NCBI GenBank assembly: GCA_013265495.1
Contig: MU058213.1
Location: 7,208,066-7,272,065, forward strand
Direction: 5' to 3'
Source of the DNA: Vicugna vicugna
Taxonomy: Eukaryota
DNA: 64,000 bases
The notes below the pieces were generated by a model. That model was not told the DNA's origin. It saw nothing but the letters and a program-made list of their open reading frames with translations, and made no database searches. A program made the translations under genes and the position numbers. Shown one piece after another: positions 63,946 to 64,000 of this stretch; the stretch's first letter is position 1, and each line of letters starts with the position of its first letter.

Positions 63946-64000
63946 TCAAAAAAGAAGAAATGTATGTAAGTAAGTAAGAAATGTACCATACCTTTTGTAT

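Overview
Mammalian genomic DNA, most likely camelid: it carries two young tRNA-Ala-derived SINEs resembling the camelid vic-1 family. Two spliced genes lie in tandem on the minus strand. The first is the 3' part of RORA (nuclear receptor ROR-alpha): 8 coding exons from 58664 to the TAA at 42625 (429 codons, from the C-terminal part of the DNA-binding domain through the ligand-binding domain), then a ~9.2 kb 3' UTR ending near 33390. The second is the 5' part of ICE2/NARG2 (little elongation complex subunit 2): a CpG-island promoter at ~26.7-27.2 kb and coding exons 2-9 (375 codons), continuing off the left edge. I checked all 16 coding exons by hand; each has GT-AG boundaries and keeps frame. 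The rest is ordinary intronic/intergenic DNA with L1, L2, MIR, LTR and DNA-transposon relics. I found no convincing new biological system. The most interesting structure is regulatory: the RORA 3' UTR (miR-17~92, miR-30 and miR-137 seeds, Pumilio/ARE elements, tandem poly(A) signals), a possibly bidirectional ICE2 promoter, a candidate poison exon in ICE2 intron 3, a NAGNAG acceptor in RORA and a perfect 46-bp tandem duplication. Repeat family names and comparisons to human proteins come from recall, not a database search.
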